Shown here in pieces: positions 47,026 to 55,811 of a stretch of DNA of 64,000 nucleotides (the stretch's first letter is position 1; every line of letters starts with the position of its first letter). The stretch comes from Alphaproteobacteria bacterium (GTDB taxonomy: Bacteria > Pseudomonadota > Alphaproteobacteria > JAJFIK01), in the NCBI GenBank assembly GCA_050331455.1, contig JBHJGV010000029.1, forward strand, positions 21,596-85,595. Reading direction: 5' to 3'. Below the pieces are notes generated by a model. That model ran no database searches. It saw nothing but the letters and a program-made list of their open reading frames with translations, and had not been told where the DNA came from. A program made the position numbers and the translations under genes.

Positions 47026-47432
47026 GGCTCACTCCGTGCTGGGCGGCGGCCGAAAAGACCGTCCGCGGGCCGGGATCATGCGGCCCCGCCGGCGCAATCG
47101 CGCAGACGACACGCAGGAGCGCCGGAAATGCGCGTGGGTTTGGCCGAAATCCACGGGGCCTGTCAAGCAGGCGTGCAAAGACAGGCTTGTCACCGGTCTG
47201 CACGTGGCTATAGTGCGCGCCTTCCCTGGCGGAAGTGAAGACTTGGCGGTCCGGACACCGGACCTCTGCGGCGTCCCTCGACGACGACGAGGTTCCGGCC
47301 GGCAGGCCCCGCGACGGGTCTGCTCCAGTCCGCGATCCACCGGATGCGCTCAAGGTCGGTCTTTTGGCCGGCCGTTGAGCGGTTCCGCCGTCCGGTCTTC
47401 GAATTCAACGATCACAATGATGTGGAGTCGCC

Positions 47433-47933
47433 ATGCCGCTTTACGAGCATGTGTATATTGCGAGACAGGACGTCTCGCAGCAGCAGGTCGATCAGATTAC
47501 CGCCCATATGCGGGGGATCATCGAGGAACACGGCGGAACCATCGCCAAAACCGAATATTGGGGCTTGCGCAACCTCGCCTATAAAGTCCGCAAAAACCGC
47601 AAAGGGCATTATGTCCTTATGAATCTCGACGCTACGCCCGATGCCATCGGCGAGATGGAGCGTCAGATGCGGTTCCACGAAGACATCATGCGCTTCGTGA
47701 CCCTGAAAGTGGACAAGCACGAAACCGGTCCATCGGCCGTGTTGCAGAACCGGGGCGGCGGCCGGGACGACCGGCGCGGCGGCCGGGGCCGCGGCGACAG
47801 GGATCGGGGTGATCGTGGAGACCGCGGCGACAGAGGCGATCGCGCAGACCGGGGCGATCGCGCAGACCGGGGCGATCGTGGCGATCGCGGAGACCGCCCC
47901 CCCAGACCGCCCCGCGAGTCCGAGGGCCAGTGA
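47433..47933 (+). CDS. rpsF: 30S ribosomal protein S6 with Arg/Asp/Gly-repeat C-terminal extension
   Basis: MPLYEHVYIARQD...YWGLRNLAYKV..KGHYVLMNLDA is the S6 core. A ~60-aa (DRG)n tail (DRGDRGDRGDRADRGDRADRGDRGDRGDR) follows. Confidence 0.9.
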   Translation: MPLYEHVYIARQDVSQQQVDQITAHMRGIIEEHGGTIAKTEYWGLRNLAYKVRKNRKGHYVLMNLDATPDAIGEMERQMRFHEDIMRFVTLKVDKHETGPSAVLQNRGGGRDDRRGGRGRGDRDRGDRGDRGDRGDRADRGDRADRGDRGDRGDRPPRPPRESEGQ

Positions 47934-48001
47934 CGCCGTCGCGTCGCCCGCACCGCAATCCGCCATTCAACGCCATCACCTTTGCGTGAAAGGATCTGTC
48001 C

Positions 48002-48256
48002 ATGTCCGACGCCAAGATTCCCCAGGTGCCCGTGAGGCGCCCGTTCTTCCGCCGCCGGAAGTCCTGCCCTTTTTCAGGGCCCGGCGCTCCCGCCATTGAT
48101 TGGAAGGACACCCGCCTGCTCCAGCGCTTTCTTTCGGAGCGGGGCAAGATCGTGCCAAGCCGCATCACCGCCGTCTCCGCGAAGAAACAACGGGAATTGG
48201 CCCGCGCCATCAAACGGGCCCGCTTCATGGCCCTGTTGCCCTATGTGGGCGACTGA
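48002..48256 (+). CDS. rpsR: 30S ribosomal protein S18
   Basis: [10 protein letters not shown]...[51 protein letters not shown] is the S18 signature. Confidence 0.95.
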   Translation: MSDAKIPQVPVRRPFFRRRKSCPFSGPGAPAIDWKDTRLLQRFLSERGKIVPSRITAVSAKKQRELARAIKRARFMALLPYVGD

Positions 48257-48359
48257 CGGATCCTAAAGGTCCGGCGCGGGCCGGACCGGTTGGACGCGGC
48301 CCCTCTTACGCCCCCGGGGCGATGGCACAGAGTGGGGCGCAGAGTGGAAAGGGATCAGG

Positions 48360-49382
48360 ATGGCGAGCGAGCGGGCCGTGCAGCGGGACTGGATCATTGC
48401 GATCGCGGCGGGGCTCGTCAGTGCCCTGATGTTCCTGTCCATGTTGACGGGCAACCTGTTCTCACTGCTGCTCGTCTATCTGGCACCGCTGCCCCTCGTC
48501 CTGATGGGCCTGGGCTGGGGTCCGGCGGTCAGCAGCATGGCCGCCATCGCCGGCACCCTCATCCTGGCCATCGCGGTCAATCTGAGCATCGCCGCGATTT
48601 TCGGGCTGTTCTATGCGGCGCCCCTGGTGTTCCTGACACGGATCGCCCTGCGCCATGCCGGGGAGGACGAGGCAAAGGCCGAAAACGTCCAGGCCTGGTA
48701 CCCCGCGGGGCGGATTTTGACTTGGATCGTCGGGATCGCGCTTGCGCTGTTCCTGGCCGTCCAATTGGGCCTCACGGCGCCCTATGGCGGCCTTGTCCCG
48801 GTGATCGAGGCCCAGCTTGAAGAGATGGTGCCCAATCCGGAGGTCTTTCTGAGCCAGTTTCGGGAGGCGGGCGCGGATATGACCAAGGATGAGTTCTTCG
48901 GCCTCATGGCCCGGACCATTCCGGGCATTGTGGCCCTGTTCTGGTGCGCGGTGATGGTGCTCAACCTCACGCTGGGCCAGACGATCGTCAAATTGTCGGG
49001 GCGCAATCTGCGGCCCGATTTCGACTGGCTTCAGGTCGATCTGCCTTTTGGCCTCGCCCTTGCCCTCGCAGCGGCCATGGTGGCGGCCTTTCTGCCTGCG
49101 GGGATTGGCTTTATCGGCGGCACGGCGGCGGTCATCCTCGCCGCGCCCTATTTCCTGACCGGCCTGATCACGGCCCACAGCGTGAGTGCCGGCTGGGTGG
49201 CGCGCAGCGACATGCCCGGCGTCACGGGGGGCCTGCGCATGGTCGCACTCGCTTTTCTCTACCTTTTGCTGCTGGCGCCCCAGGGCATCGGCGCTCAACT
49301 GATCAGCCTGCTGGGCATTCTGGATCAATGGTTCAGTCTTCGCCGCCGCTTCGCGGCCGATCCCGCAGCCGGGACGGCCTGA
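48360..49382 (+). CDS. DUF2232-type membrane protein commonly found between rpsR and rplI in Alphaproteobacteria
   Basis: Polytopic membrane protein (about 8 helices) at the conserved position between S18 and L9. Confidence 0.7.
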   Translation: MASERAVQRDWIIAIAAGLVSALMFLSMLTGNLFSLLLVYLAPLPLVLMGLGWGPAVSSMAAIAGTLILAIAVNLSIAAIFGLFYAAPLVFLTRIALRHAGEDEAKAENVQAWYPAGRILTWIVGIALALFLAVQLGLTAPYGGLVPVIEAQLEEMVPNPEVFLSQFREAGADMTKDEFFGLMARTIPGIVALFWCAVMVLNLTLGQTIVKLSGRNLRPDFDWLQVDLPFGLALALAAAMVAAFLPAGIGFIGGTAAVILAAPYFLTGLITAHSVSAGWVARSDMPGVTGGLRMVALAFLYLLLLAPQGIGAQLISLLGILDQWFSLRRRFAADPAAGTA

Positions 49383-49423
49383 CGCCGACGGACGAGACGA
49401 GTACACGCTAAGGAGACGACGTC

Positions 49424-50059
49424 ATGCACGTGGTGCTGCTGGAACGGGTCGAGAAACTCGGCCAAATGGGCGATGTGGTGAAGGTCCGCAACGGCTTCGC
49501 CCGCAATTTCCTTCTGCCGCGGGGCAAGGCCCTGCGCGCCACCCAGGGCAACATGGACCAGTTCGAGCGCAGCCGCGCCCAACTGGAAGCCCAGAATCTG
49601 GAACGGCGCAGCGAAGCGGAACAGGTGGGCGAGAAGCTGGACGGCAAAACCTTTATTGCCATTCGCCAGTCCAGCGAGAGCGGCCAGCTCTACGGCTCCG
49701 TGTCGCCCCGCGATATCGCGACCTTGGTGACCGAAGGCGGCTTCACCCTCACCAGGACGCAAGTGATGCTGGACAAGCCGATCAAGGAATTGGGCCTGCA
49801 CGAGGTGCGCGTCTCCCTCCATCCGGAAGTCACCGTGACCGTCACCATGAATGTCGCCCGGTCCCAGGAAGAAGCCGAACGCCAAGCCCGCGGCGAGGAT
49901 GTCACCGCCCGCACGGACGACGAGGACGACGAGGACGATCTCGACCTCGACGCCCTGCTTGAGGACGACGAGGAGGATGGCGCGTCCGCCGATGGCGACA
50001 CGGACGACGCGGAAGCCGAGGCGCCGGCGCAGACCGATGACGAGGCCGAGAAAGCCTGA
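49424..50059 (+). CDS. rplI: 50S ribosomal protein L9 with acidic C-terminal extension
   Basis: [36 protein letters not shown] is the L9 N-domain. A C-terminal Asp/Glu-rich tail follows. Confidence 0.9.
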   Translation: MHVVLLERVEKLGQMGDVVKVRNGFARNFLLPRGKALRATQGNMDQFERSRAQLEAQNLERRSEAEQVGEKLDGKTFIAIRQSSESGQLYGSVSPRDIATLVTEGGFTLTRTQVMLDKPIKELGLHEVRVSLHPEVTVTVTMNVARSQEEAERQARGEDVTARTDDEDDEDDLDLDALLEDDEEDGASADGDTDDAEAEAPAQTDDEAEKA

Positions 50060-50398
50060 TCCGCCTACGGGATTTCAGCTGCGCGTTTTGAGAGGGGGAA
50101 GCCACGCTTTCCCCTTTCTTTGTCTTCGGCTTTCAACCGCGGCGATGGTCTTTCGAGGCTATGGGCATGGTCCAGAATCACGCGCTCTGGGGATAACCCT
50201 GTGCTTAACCGCCGATTTATCCCCAACCCACAAACAAAGCGCGATTCTTGTGGACGGTGCCTGCCGCGCCCTTGTTCCCCGCTTTGCGACGATTCATCAA
50301 TAGGACTAGAGCCGGGCGTAGTATGCTCAGCCTTAAGGCGAGGCAACCAATGGATCTTGCCGCCCCCTCTCTCCCCTGTCGTGAGCTGAACACCGTCC

Positions 50399-51994
50399 AT
50401 GCCCCATCCTTCCCAGAGTGCTGCCCTGGCCGACCCCCACACGTCCGGACCGGACGGTGTCGATCCCTCTGCGGACGATATCGACTATCCCAGTGCGCCC
50501 TGTAGTATCGAGACTGAACAGGCCCTCCTCGGATCGATGCTGGTCAACAACGAAGCCTATTTCCAGGCCAGCGGCATTATCGATGCGGACCATTTCTACG
50601 AACCGTTGCACGGCAAGATCTTCGACACCATCGGCAGATTGATCGACAAGGGGCGGATCGCGACCCCCCTCACCGTCCATGCCCTGATCGAAAGCGACCC
50701 GGTGCTGCGGGAGGTGGGCGGCGCGGCCTATCTCGCCAATCTCGCGGCGGCGTCCACGGCCACCGTCCATGTGGCCGATTATGCCCAGACCCTGTTCGAT
50801 CTCGCGGTCCGGCGCGGCTTGATGCGCATCGGCGAGGACATGGTCGTGCGGGCCCGGGACACGGACCTCGACGACGATCCCAGCAAGCAGATCGTGGACG
50901 CCGAGCAGAGCCTTTACGAGATCGCAGAGAAAGGGAAGTACAAGGAGGGCAGTCTGGATTTCGCCAGGGCCCTCGAAACCGCGCTCAACCGCGCCGATGC
51001 CGCCTTCAAGCGGGATGGGGCCATGGCCGGCACCCCGACCGGGTTCGCCGACCTCGACCACAAACTGGGCGGCCTTCAGCGTTCGGACCTGATCATCCTG
51101 GCCGGCCGTCCGGCCATGGGCAAGAGCGCGCTCGCCACGAACATGGCCTTCAACATCGCAAAGGCCCTCCGCCTCGGCAAGGATCCGGCAGGCAAGGACG
51201 TGGTCGAAGACGGCGGCCGCGTCCTCTTCTTTTCGCTGGAGATGTCGGCCGATCAGCTGGCCACACGTATCCTCGCCGAACAGGCCATGGTGCCGTCCCA
51301 CAAGATCCGGGACGGAACGATCACGCGGCAGGACTTTGCACGCCTTGCCGATGCGGTGGCGGAAATTCAGCACATTCCGCTTTTCATCGATGACACGGGC
51401 GGCCTCAGCATCTCCGCCGTTGCGTCCCGCGCCCGCCGCGTCGCCCGCAAGCCGGGCCTCGACCTCATCGTCATCGACTATGTGCAGCTCCTGACCGGAT
51501 CCGGACGGCGCAAGACCGACAACCGCGTCCAGGAACTGACCGAAATCACGACCAGTCTCAAGGCGCTGGCCAAAGAACTCAACGTGCCGATCATCGCCCT
51601 GTCCCAGCTCAGCCGGGCCGTGGAGAGCCGGGATGACAAGCGCCCGCAACTGGCCGATCTCCGGGAATCCGGGTCGATCGAACAGGATGCGGATATTGTC
51701 ATGTTCATCTTCCGGGAAGAGTACTACCATGATCAAAAACGGCCCACCGAGCCGCATCTCGAAATCGGCGCCGGCGCCAGTGAGGAACTCCGCACCCTGA
51801 ATGCCAGCTATGAGCAGAACATGATGGCGTGGGAGGAGAAAAAGCGCCTGGTGCAGAATCTGGCGGAGGTGATTGTCGCCAAGCACCGCCACGGGCCCAC
51901 CGGCGTCATCAAACTGCATTTCGATCCGGAGATCACCCGGTTCCACAATTTCGCCGCGCCCGAGCGGGGTCCGGGCCCGGGCGACGGCTTCTGA
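50399..51994 (+). CDS. dnaB: replicative DNA helicase DnaB
   Basis: N-terminal ETEQALLGSMLVNN. Walker A LIILAGRPAMGKSALATNMAFNIA. Walker B LIVIDYVQLL. Arginine finger region QLSRAVESRDDKRPQLADLRESG. Confidence 0.9.
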   Translation: MPHPSQSAALADPHTSGPDGVDPSADDIDYPSAPCSIETEQALLGSMLVNNEAYFQASGIIDADHFYEPLHGKIFDTIGRLIDKGRIATPLTVHALIESDPVLREVGGAAYLANLAAASTATVHVADYAQTLFDLAVRRGLMRIGEDMVVRARDTDLDDDPSKQIVDAEQSLYEIAEKGKYKEGSLDFARALETALNRADAAFKRDGAMAGTPTGFADLDHKLGGLQRSDLIILAGRPAMGKSALATNMAFNIAKALRLGKDPAGKDVVEDGGRVLFFSLEMSADQLATRILAEQAMVPSHKIRDGTITRQDFARLADAVAEIQHIPLFIDDTGGLSISAVASRARRVARKPGLDLIVIDYVQLLTGSGRRKTDNRVQELTEITTSLKALAKELNVPIIALSQLSRAVESRDDKRPQLADLRESGSIEQDADIVMFIFREEYYHDQKRPTEPHLEIGAGASEELRTLNASYEQNMMAWEEKKRLVQNLAEVIVAKHRHGPTGVIKLHFDPEITRFHNFAAPERGPGPGDGF

Positions 51995-52004
51995 AAGGCA
52001 CACC

Positions 52005-52931
52005 ATGGCGGAACGGTCCCTGGTCTTTCTCAGCGCCGACACGCTGTATGCGGAGGAAAAATCCTCCCGGCACCCGCTCCTGCTGGTGGACGACGAACCG
52101 CTGGTCGATGCTTTGGCACAGCGCGACTATGCGGTCACCTTTGCCGACTGGATGACGACACCGCCTCGAATGCTGGACGGGGCCACGGTCCTCGTTCGGA
52201 CTCCCTGGAACTACACGGATCATCTGGAAGCGTTCGAAACCTGGATCCGTGAGGCCGAGGACGCCAGTGTCCGGCTGATCAATCCGGCGGCCCTTCTGCT
52301 CGGCACCCTGCGGAAAACCTATTTGATGGACCTGCCTCGGCTCGGTGTGCCGGCGATCCCGACCCTGCCCTTCGAGCCCGGTCCAGGCGGCCTGGCGGAT
52401 ACGGACGAAGCACTGGCGCACGCACGCGCCGCGTTCAGAACCGACTCGCTCGTCATCAAACCCGCGGTCGGGGCCGGCGCGCGCAACACGGTTCTGCTGC
52501 GCAGCCCCGCGGCGGAGGCGCCAGCCCATGCCGGCGCCCTCGCCGCGCTCCCCCAGGACCAGGATTATCTGGTCCAGCCCTTCGTGCCGGAAATCGAAAC
52601 CGCCGGGGAAATCTCCGTCGTCTTTTTCGGCGGGCGCTTTGCCCATATGGTTCAGAAGCGTCCCAAGGCCGGCGATTTTCGTGTGCAGACTGAGCATGGC
52701 GGGCACACCACCAGCCTCGTGCCCGACCGCATGGTGGTCGCCCGTGCGGCCCGGGCCTCGGCCCTGTTCGCGGATCCCGCCTATATCCGGGTGGACGGCG
52801 TCGTGACCGAACAGGGCTTTCTGGTCATGGAACTGGAAATGATCGAACCGGAGCTGTTTTTCGGCTTCGCCCCGGACTCCGCCACCCTGTTCGCGGACGT
52901 GCTGGCCGGCCTCCTCGGCGACCGGGAGTAG
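52005..52931 (+). CDS. ATP-grasp domain protein (RimK/glutathione-synthetase-like ligase)
   Basis: SLVIKPAVGAGARNTVLL...YLVQPFVPEI..GEISVVFFGGRF...KAGDFRVQTEHGG resembles ATP-grasp motifs (compare RimK RAKEGDFRSNLHRGG). Start at MAERSL. Confidence 0.65.
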   Translation: MAERSLVFLSADTLYAEEKSSRHPLLLVDDEPLVDALAQRDYAVTFADWMTTPPRMLDGATVLVRTPWNYTDHLEAFETWIREAEDASVRLINPAALLLGTLRKTYLMDLPRLGVPAIPTLPFEPGPGGLADTDEALAHARAAFRTDSLVIKPAVGAGARNTVLLRSPAAEAPAHAGALAALPQDQDYLVQPFVPEIETAGEISVVFFGGRFAHMVQKRPKAGDFRVQTEHGGHTTSLVPDRMVVARAARASALFADPAYIRVDGVVTEQGFLVMELEMIEPELFFGFAPDSATLFADVLAGLLGDRE

Positions 52932-53122
52932 GGCGGGTTGAAACCCGCCGAAAGCGTCTCCCACTGAACACCACGCATGGGGCCGGCCCTGCAAGCGAAC
53001 GCACATCCGGCCGACCGATCCTCTCAAGGGTGTCGGTCCCGGCCCCAAAAAGTCCGGCACACTAAGGGTGTGCAGCCGGTTATCTCGTCCCGCTGCGCAT
53101 AAGGAGAACCCTGTAAGGCCCC

Positions 53123-54034
53123 CTATTTCGGTCCGGCCCGCGTCAAGAGCACCACGCCGCTGACGGTGAGAATAAGCGCCAAGGCCTGGTGTGGGCCGAA
53201 GGGCTCGCCCAGGACCCAAACGGCCACGGCCGCCGTGGCGGCCGGGCCGAACCCGCCGGCGGCGCTGGTGAGCCCCGGCCCGGCCCTGGCGATCGCCTCG
53301 GTCACCATGAAACTGGGCATGACCGTGCAGGCGATGGCCAACAGGGCACCAAGCCCCAGGATCGAAGCATTGATCGGCGGCGAGACGGTCAGCATGGATT
53401 GGCCGGCAAAATGAGCGAGGATGGCAAGCGCTGCCGCCGTCATGGCCACGCATGTGAAAAGCGGCGAGCCCAGCCCCACAATCACGGTTTTGGCGGCCGT
53501 CACATAGACGGCGAAGAGCGCGGCGGCCGCGAAGACGAGACCCGCACCCAGCGCCGCATTAGGGCCCAGGCTGCTTACCTCCTGGCCGAAGAGCACCAGG
53601 ATGCCGCCATAGGACAGGGCGAGGGCCAGTCCGTGGCGCAGGGTCATCCGCTCACCGATGAACCACCAGGCGAGCAGAGCGGTCATGGTCGGGTATAGAA
53701 ACAGGATCAGGCGCTCAAGCTGGGCCGAAATGAACATCAGTCCCGTGAAATCGAGCCAGGTGCAGACATAGTAGCTGAGCACGCCAAGACCGGCAGCCGC
53801 CACGAGGGTGCGCGGCGCGGGCGAGAGGGGACGCGTGCGCAAAGCCATCCATCCGACAACGATGTAAACGGGCAGGGCCATGCCCATGCGCAGGGCCATC
53901 ATCTGCTCCACCGTTCCTCCGACGGTGAAGGCCAGTTTCATGACGACCCCCTTCAGGGAGAACAGGGCCGCGCCGGTGGCCCCCAGCAGCACGCCGCTGG
54001 CCCGGCGCGATAGGGATTGCTTCAATTGGAACAC
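53123..54034 (-). CDS. DMT superfamily (EamA-like) transporter
   Basis: Ten hydrophobic helices in two EamA-like halves. The long Arg-rich N-terminal extension in the ORF track is probably untranslated. The start is tentatively a GTG/TTG near 54034 and is uncertain. Confidence 0.65.
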   Translation of the reverse strand: MFQLKQSLSRRASGVLLGATGAALFSLKGVVMKLAFTVGGTVEQMMALRMGMALPVYIVVGWMALRTRPLSPAPRTLVAAAGLGVLSYYVCTWLDFTGLMFISAQLERLILFLYPTMTALLAWWFIGERMTLRHGLALALSYGGILVLFGQEVSSLGPNAALGAGLVFAAAALFAVYVTAAKTVIVGLGSPLFTCVAMTAAALAILAHFAGQSMLTVSPPINASILGLGALLAIACTVMPSFMVTEAIARAGPGLTSAAGGFGPAATAAVAVWVLGEPFGPHQALALILTVSGVVLLTRAGPK

Positions 54035-55755
54035 GGAACAATATCCATCGCAATGGTGAGGCGGGGTTTTTGCCCGGCGAAAGGAACCGTCCCATGCCAC
54101 AGGCAGGACGGGAACAGCGCAAGACGGCCGATCCGAGGCTGGACGGCCCGTTCCGGCCCTTGCGCGCCGGGCACGGGGATGGGCGGTTCGCCGAAGGTCA
54201 GCCAGCCGGGCCGGGGCTCCGAGCCATTGGCGTCGGCCGCCATATCGGGCGGTAAATCCACATAATAGGCCGAGGAGATCCAGCCCTCCCCGTGAAAATG
54301 GCTCACATGGAAGCCTTCGGGCTGGAGCCGGACGGACCACGCGCCGGAGAGGCGCCAGCGATCCGCCTTGCGACCGAAAAACGGATGGTCCGGATCATCG
54401 GGCATGGCGGCGATGAAGGCGTCCACGGCCGGCCGCAGAGCCTCGAAAAAGGCGTCCAGCAACGGGTCGCCGAGCCGGTTCAGGGGCTGGGTGGTCTGGG
54501 TGCCGCCGCGCAGGGTCTGGTCCAGGGGGCGGCGCACGGCCTTATGCAGCCGGTCCAACCGGTCCGCCAGGGCCCGGTTGAAGGCCGCCGTGTCGGCATG
54601 ACCCGGCGGGGGCGGAATATCGGTGATCGCGGTCAGGGCCGCATAGTCGGCGAGCCGCTCCGCCGGCGGATGGCCGAGGGCGCGGCCCGCCGTGGCGGCA
54701 TAGGCGAGCCAGAACTGGTCAAGGGGATCCGCCCCCAATGCGGCCTTGCACAGGGACAGGGCGCGGTCCGCCTCGCCCCGCTGGAGCAGCACCTTGACGA
54801 GGGAGGTCGCCGCAGCCCAGTCCCCTTTGCTCTCCCCATGGGCCCGCTCGGCCCGGACCAGGGCCTCCTCAAGGGCGCCCTCCTCGCGCAGAAGATCCGC
54901 AGCGAGAAAATCGAAGGCCGGTCGGTGGCCGAAGCGGTTCTCGGCCTCGCGCAGCAGGGCAAGCGCGTCGCGCCTGCGCTCCATCCGCCGCAGGGTCAGG
55001 GCCTGGCGGTACCAGGGATCGGGATTGTCGGGCCGGGCGGCGCGGGCCGCCTCGAAAGGCGCGTCGACCTGCTCCGCGCGGCCCTGCATCCAGCGTATCT
55101 GGGCCAGGCCCTCAAGGGCCGGAGCCAGGGTCGGCGCCCGCCCAAGGGCCTTCTCGAAGGCGTCCCCTGCCCCGTCGAGATCGCCCGCGCCGAGGCAGGC
55201 TTCCCCTAAGGCATTGAGAAGTCCCGGCTCGCCCGGGCTCTGCCCGGCGGCGGCGGACAGGGCCTCGCGGGCCTCGTCGAAACGCAACAGGGCCGTCAGG
55301 GCCCGGCCCTTGGCAAAGAGCCCGGGCCCATGATCGGGGCGGATTGCCAAGGCCGCCTCGGCGGCCGTCAGGGCCTCTTCCGCCCGGCCCGCCGTGAGCA
55401 GCGCCATGGCCCGCGCCGCATGGCCATCGGGAATGGCGGCGGCCTCGAAGGGCGCGAGCACCGTGAGGGCCTCGGACGGCCGCGCCAGATCCGTCAGGGT
55501 CCGCCCGAGATTGATCCGCGCCCGGACATGGCCGGCATCGAGCGTGAGGGCGTCCTCATAAGCCCCCAGGGCCTCACGCGGCCGCTCCATGGCCAGCAGC
55601 AGATCGCCGGCCGTGTTGCGGATATCGGCCCGGCGTGGGGCCGCGGCAATGGCCATTTGCAGGGCCGCGCCAGCGGTCTTGAGATCGCCCTGCGAAAGGG
55701 CCGCGCGGGCCCGGTTGTGAAGAGTATCGGCATCGCTCATGGGGCATCCGGACAA
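54022..55755 (-). CDS. TPR-repeat protein with C-terminal 2OG-Fe(II) oxygenase-like domain
   Basis: About 10 TPR-like helical repeats (residues 1-380), then a C-terminal region with HxD...H spacing (FHVSHFHGEGW...LFPSCLWHGTVP) resembling the PF13759-type 2OG-Fe(II) oxygenase fold. Confidence 0.6.
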   Translation of the reverse strand: MSGCPMSDADTLHNRARAALSQGDLKTAGAALQMAIAAAPRRADIRNTAGDLLLAMERPREALGAYEDALTLDAGHVRARINLGRTLTDLARPSEALTVLAPFEAAAIPDGHAARAMALLTAGRAEEALTAAEAALAIRPDHGPGLFAKGRALTALLRFDEAREALSAAAGQSPGEPGLLNALGEACLGAGDLDGAGDAFEKALGRAPTLAPALEGLAQIRWMQGRAEQVDAPFEAARAARPDNPDPWYRQALTLRRMERRRDALALLREAENRFGHRPAFDFLAADLLREEGALEEALVRAERAHGESKGDWAAATSLVKVLLQRGEADRALSLCKAALGADPLDQFWLAYAATAGRALGHPPAERLADYAALTAITDIPPPPGHADTAAFNRALADRLDRLHKAVRRPLDQTLRGGTQTTQPLNRLGDPLLDAFFEALRPAVDAFIAAMPDDPDHPFFGRKADRWRLSGAWSVRLQPEGFHVSHFHGEGWISSAYYVDLPPDMAADANGSEPRPGWLTFGEPPIPVPGAQGPERAVQPRIGRLALFPSCLWHGTVPFAGQKPRLTIAMDIVPCSN

Positions 55756-55811
55756 AAAAGAGGGGCGAGCCTTGGGCCCGCCCCTTCAACACTGCCTGAT
55801 TTCGGCCTGTA

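Noticed and set aside
52005-52931. Calling the ATP-grasp protein RimK (ribosomal protein S6 glutamate ligase) outright
   Set aside because: Only a short motif resemblance. The overall sequence fits generic ATP-grasp/GshB-like ligases equally well, and the S6 C-terminus here is not Glu-rich. Kept as a low-interest note only.
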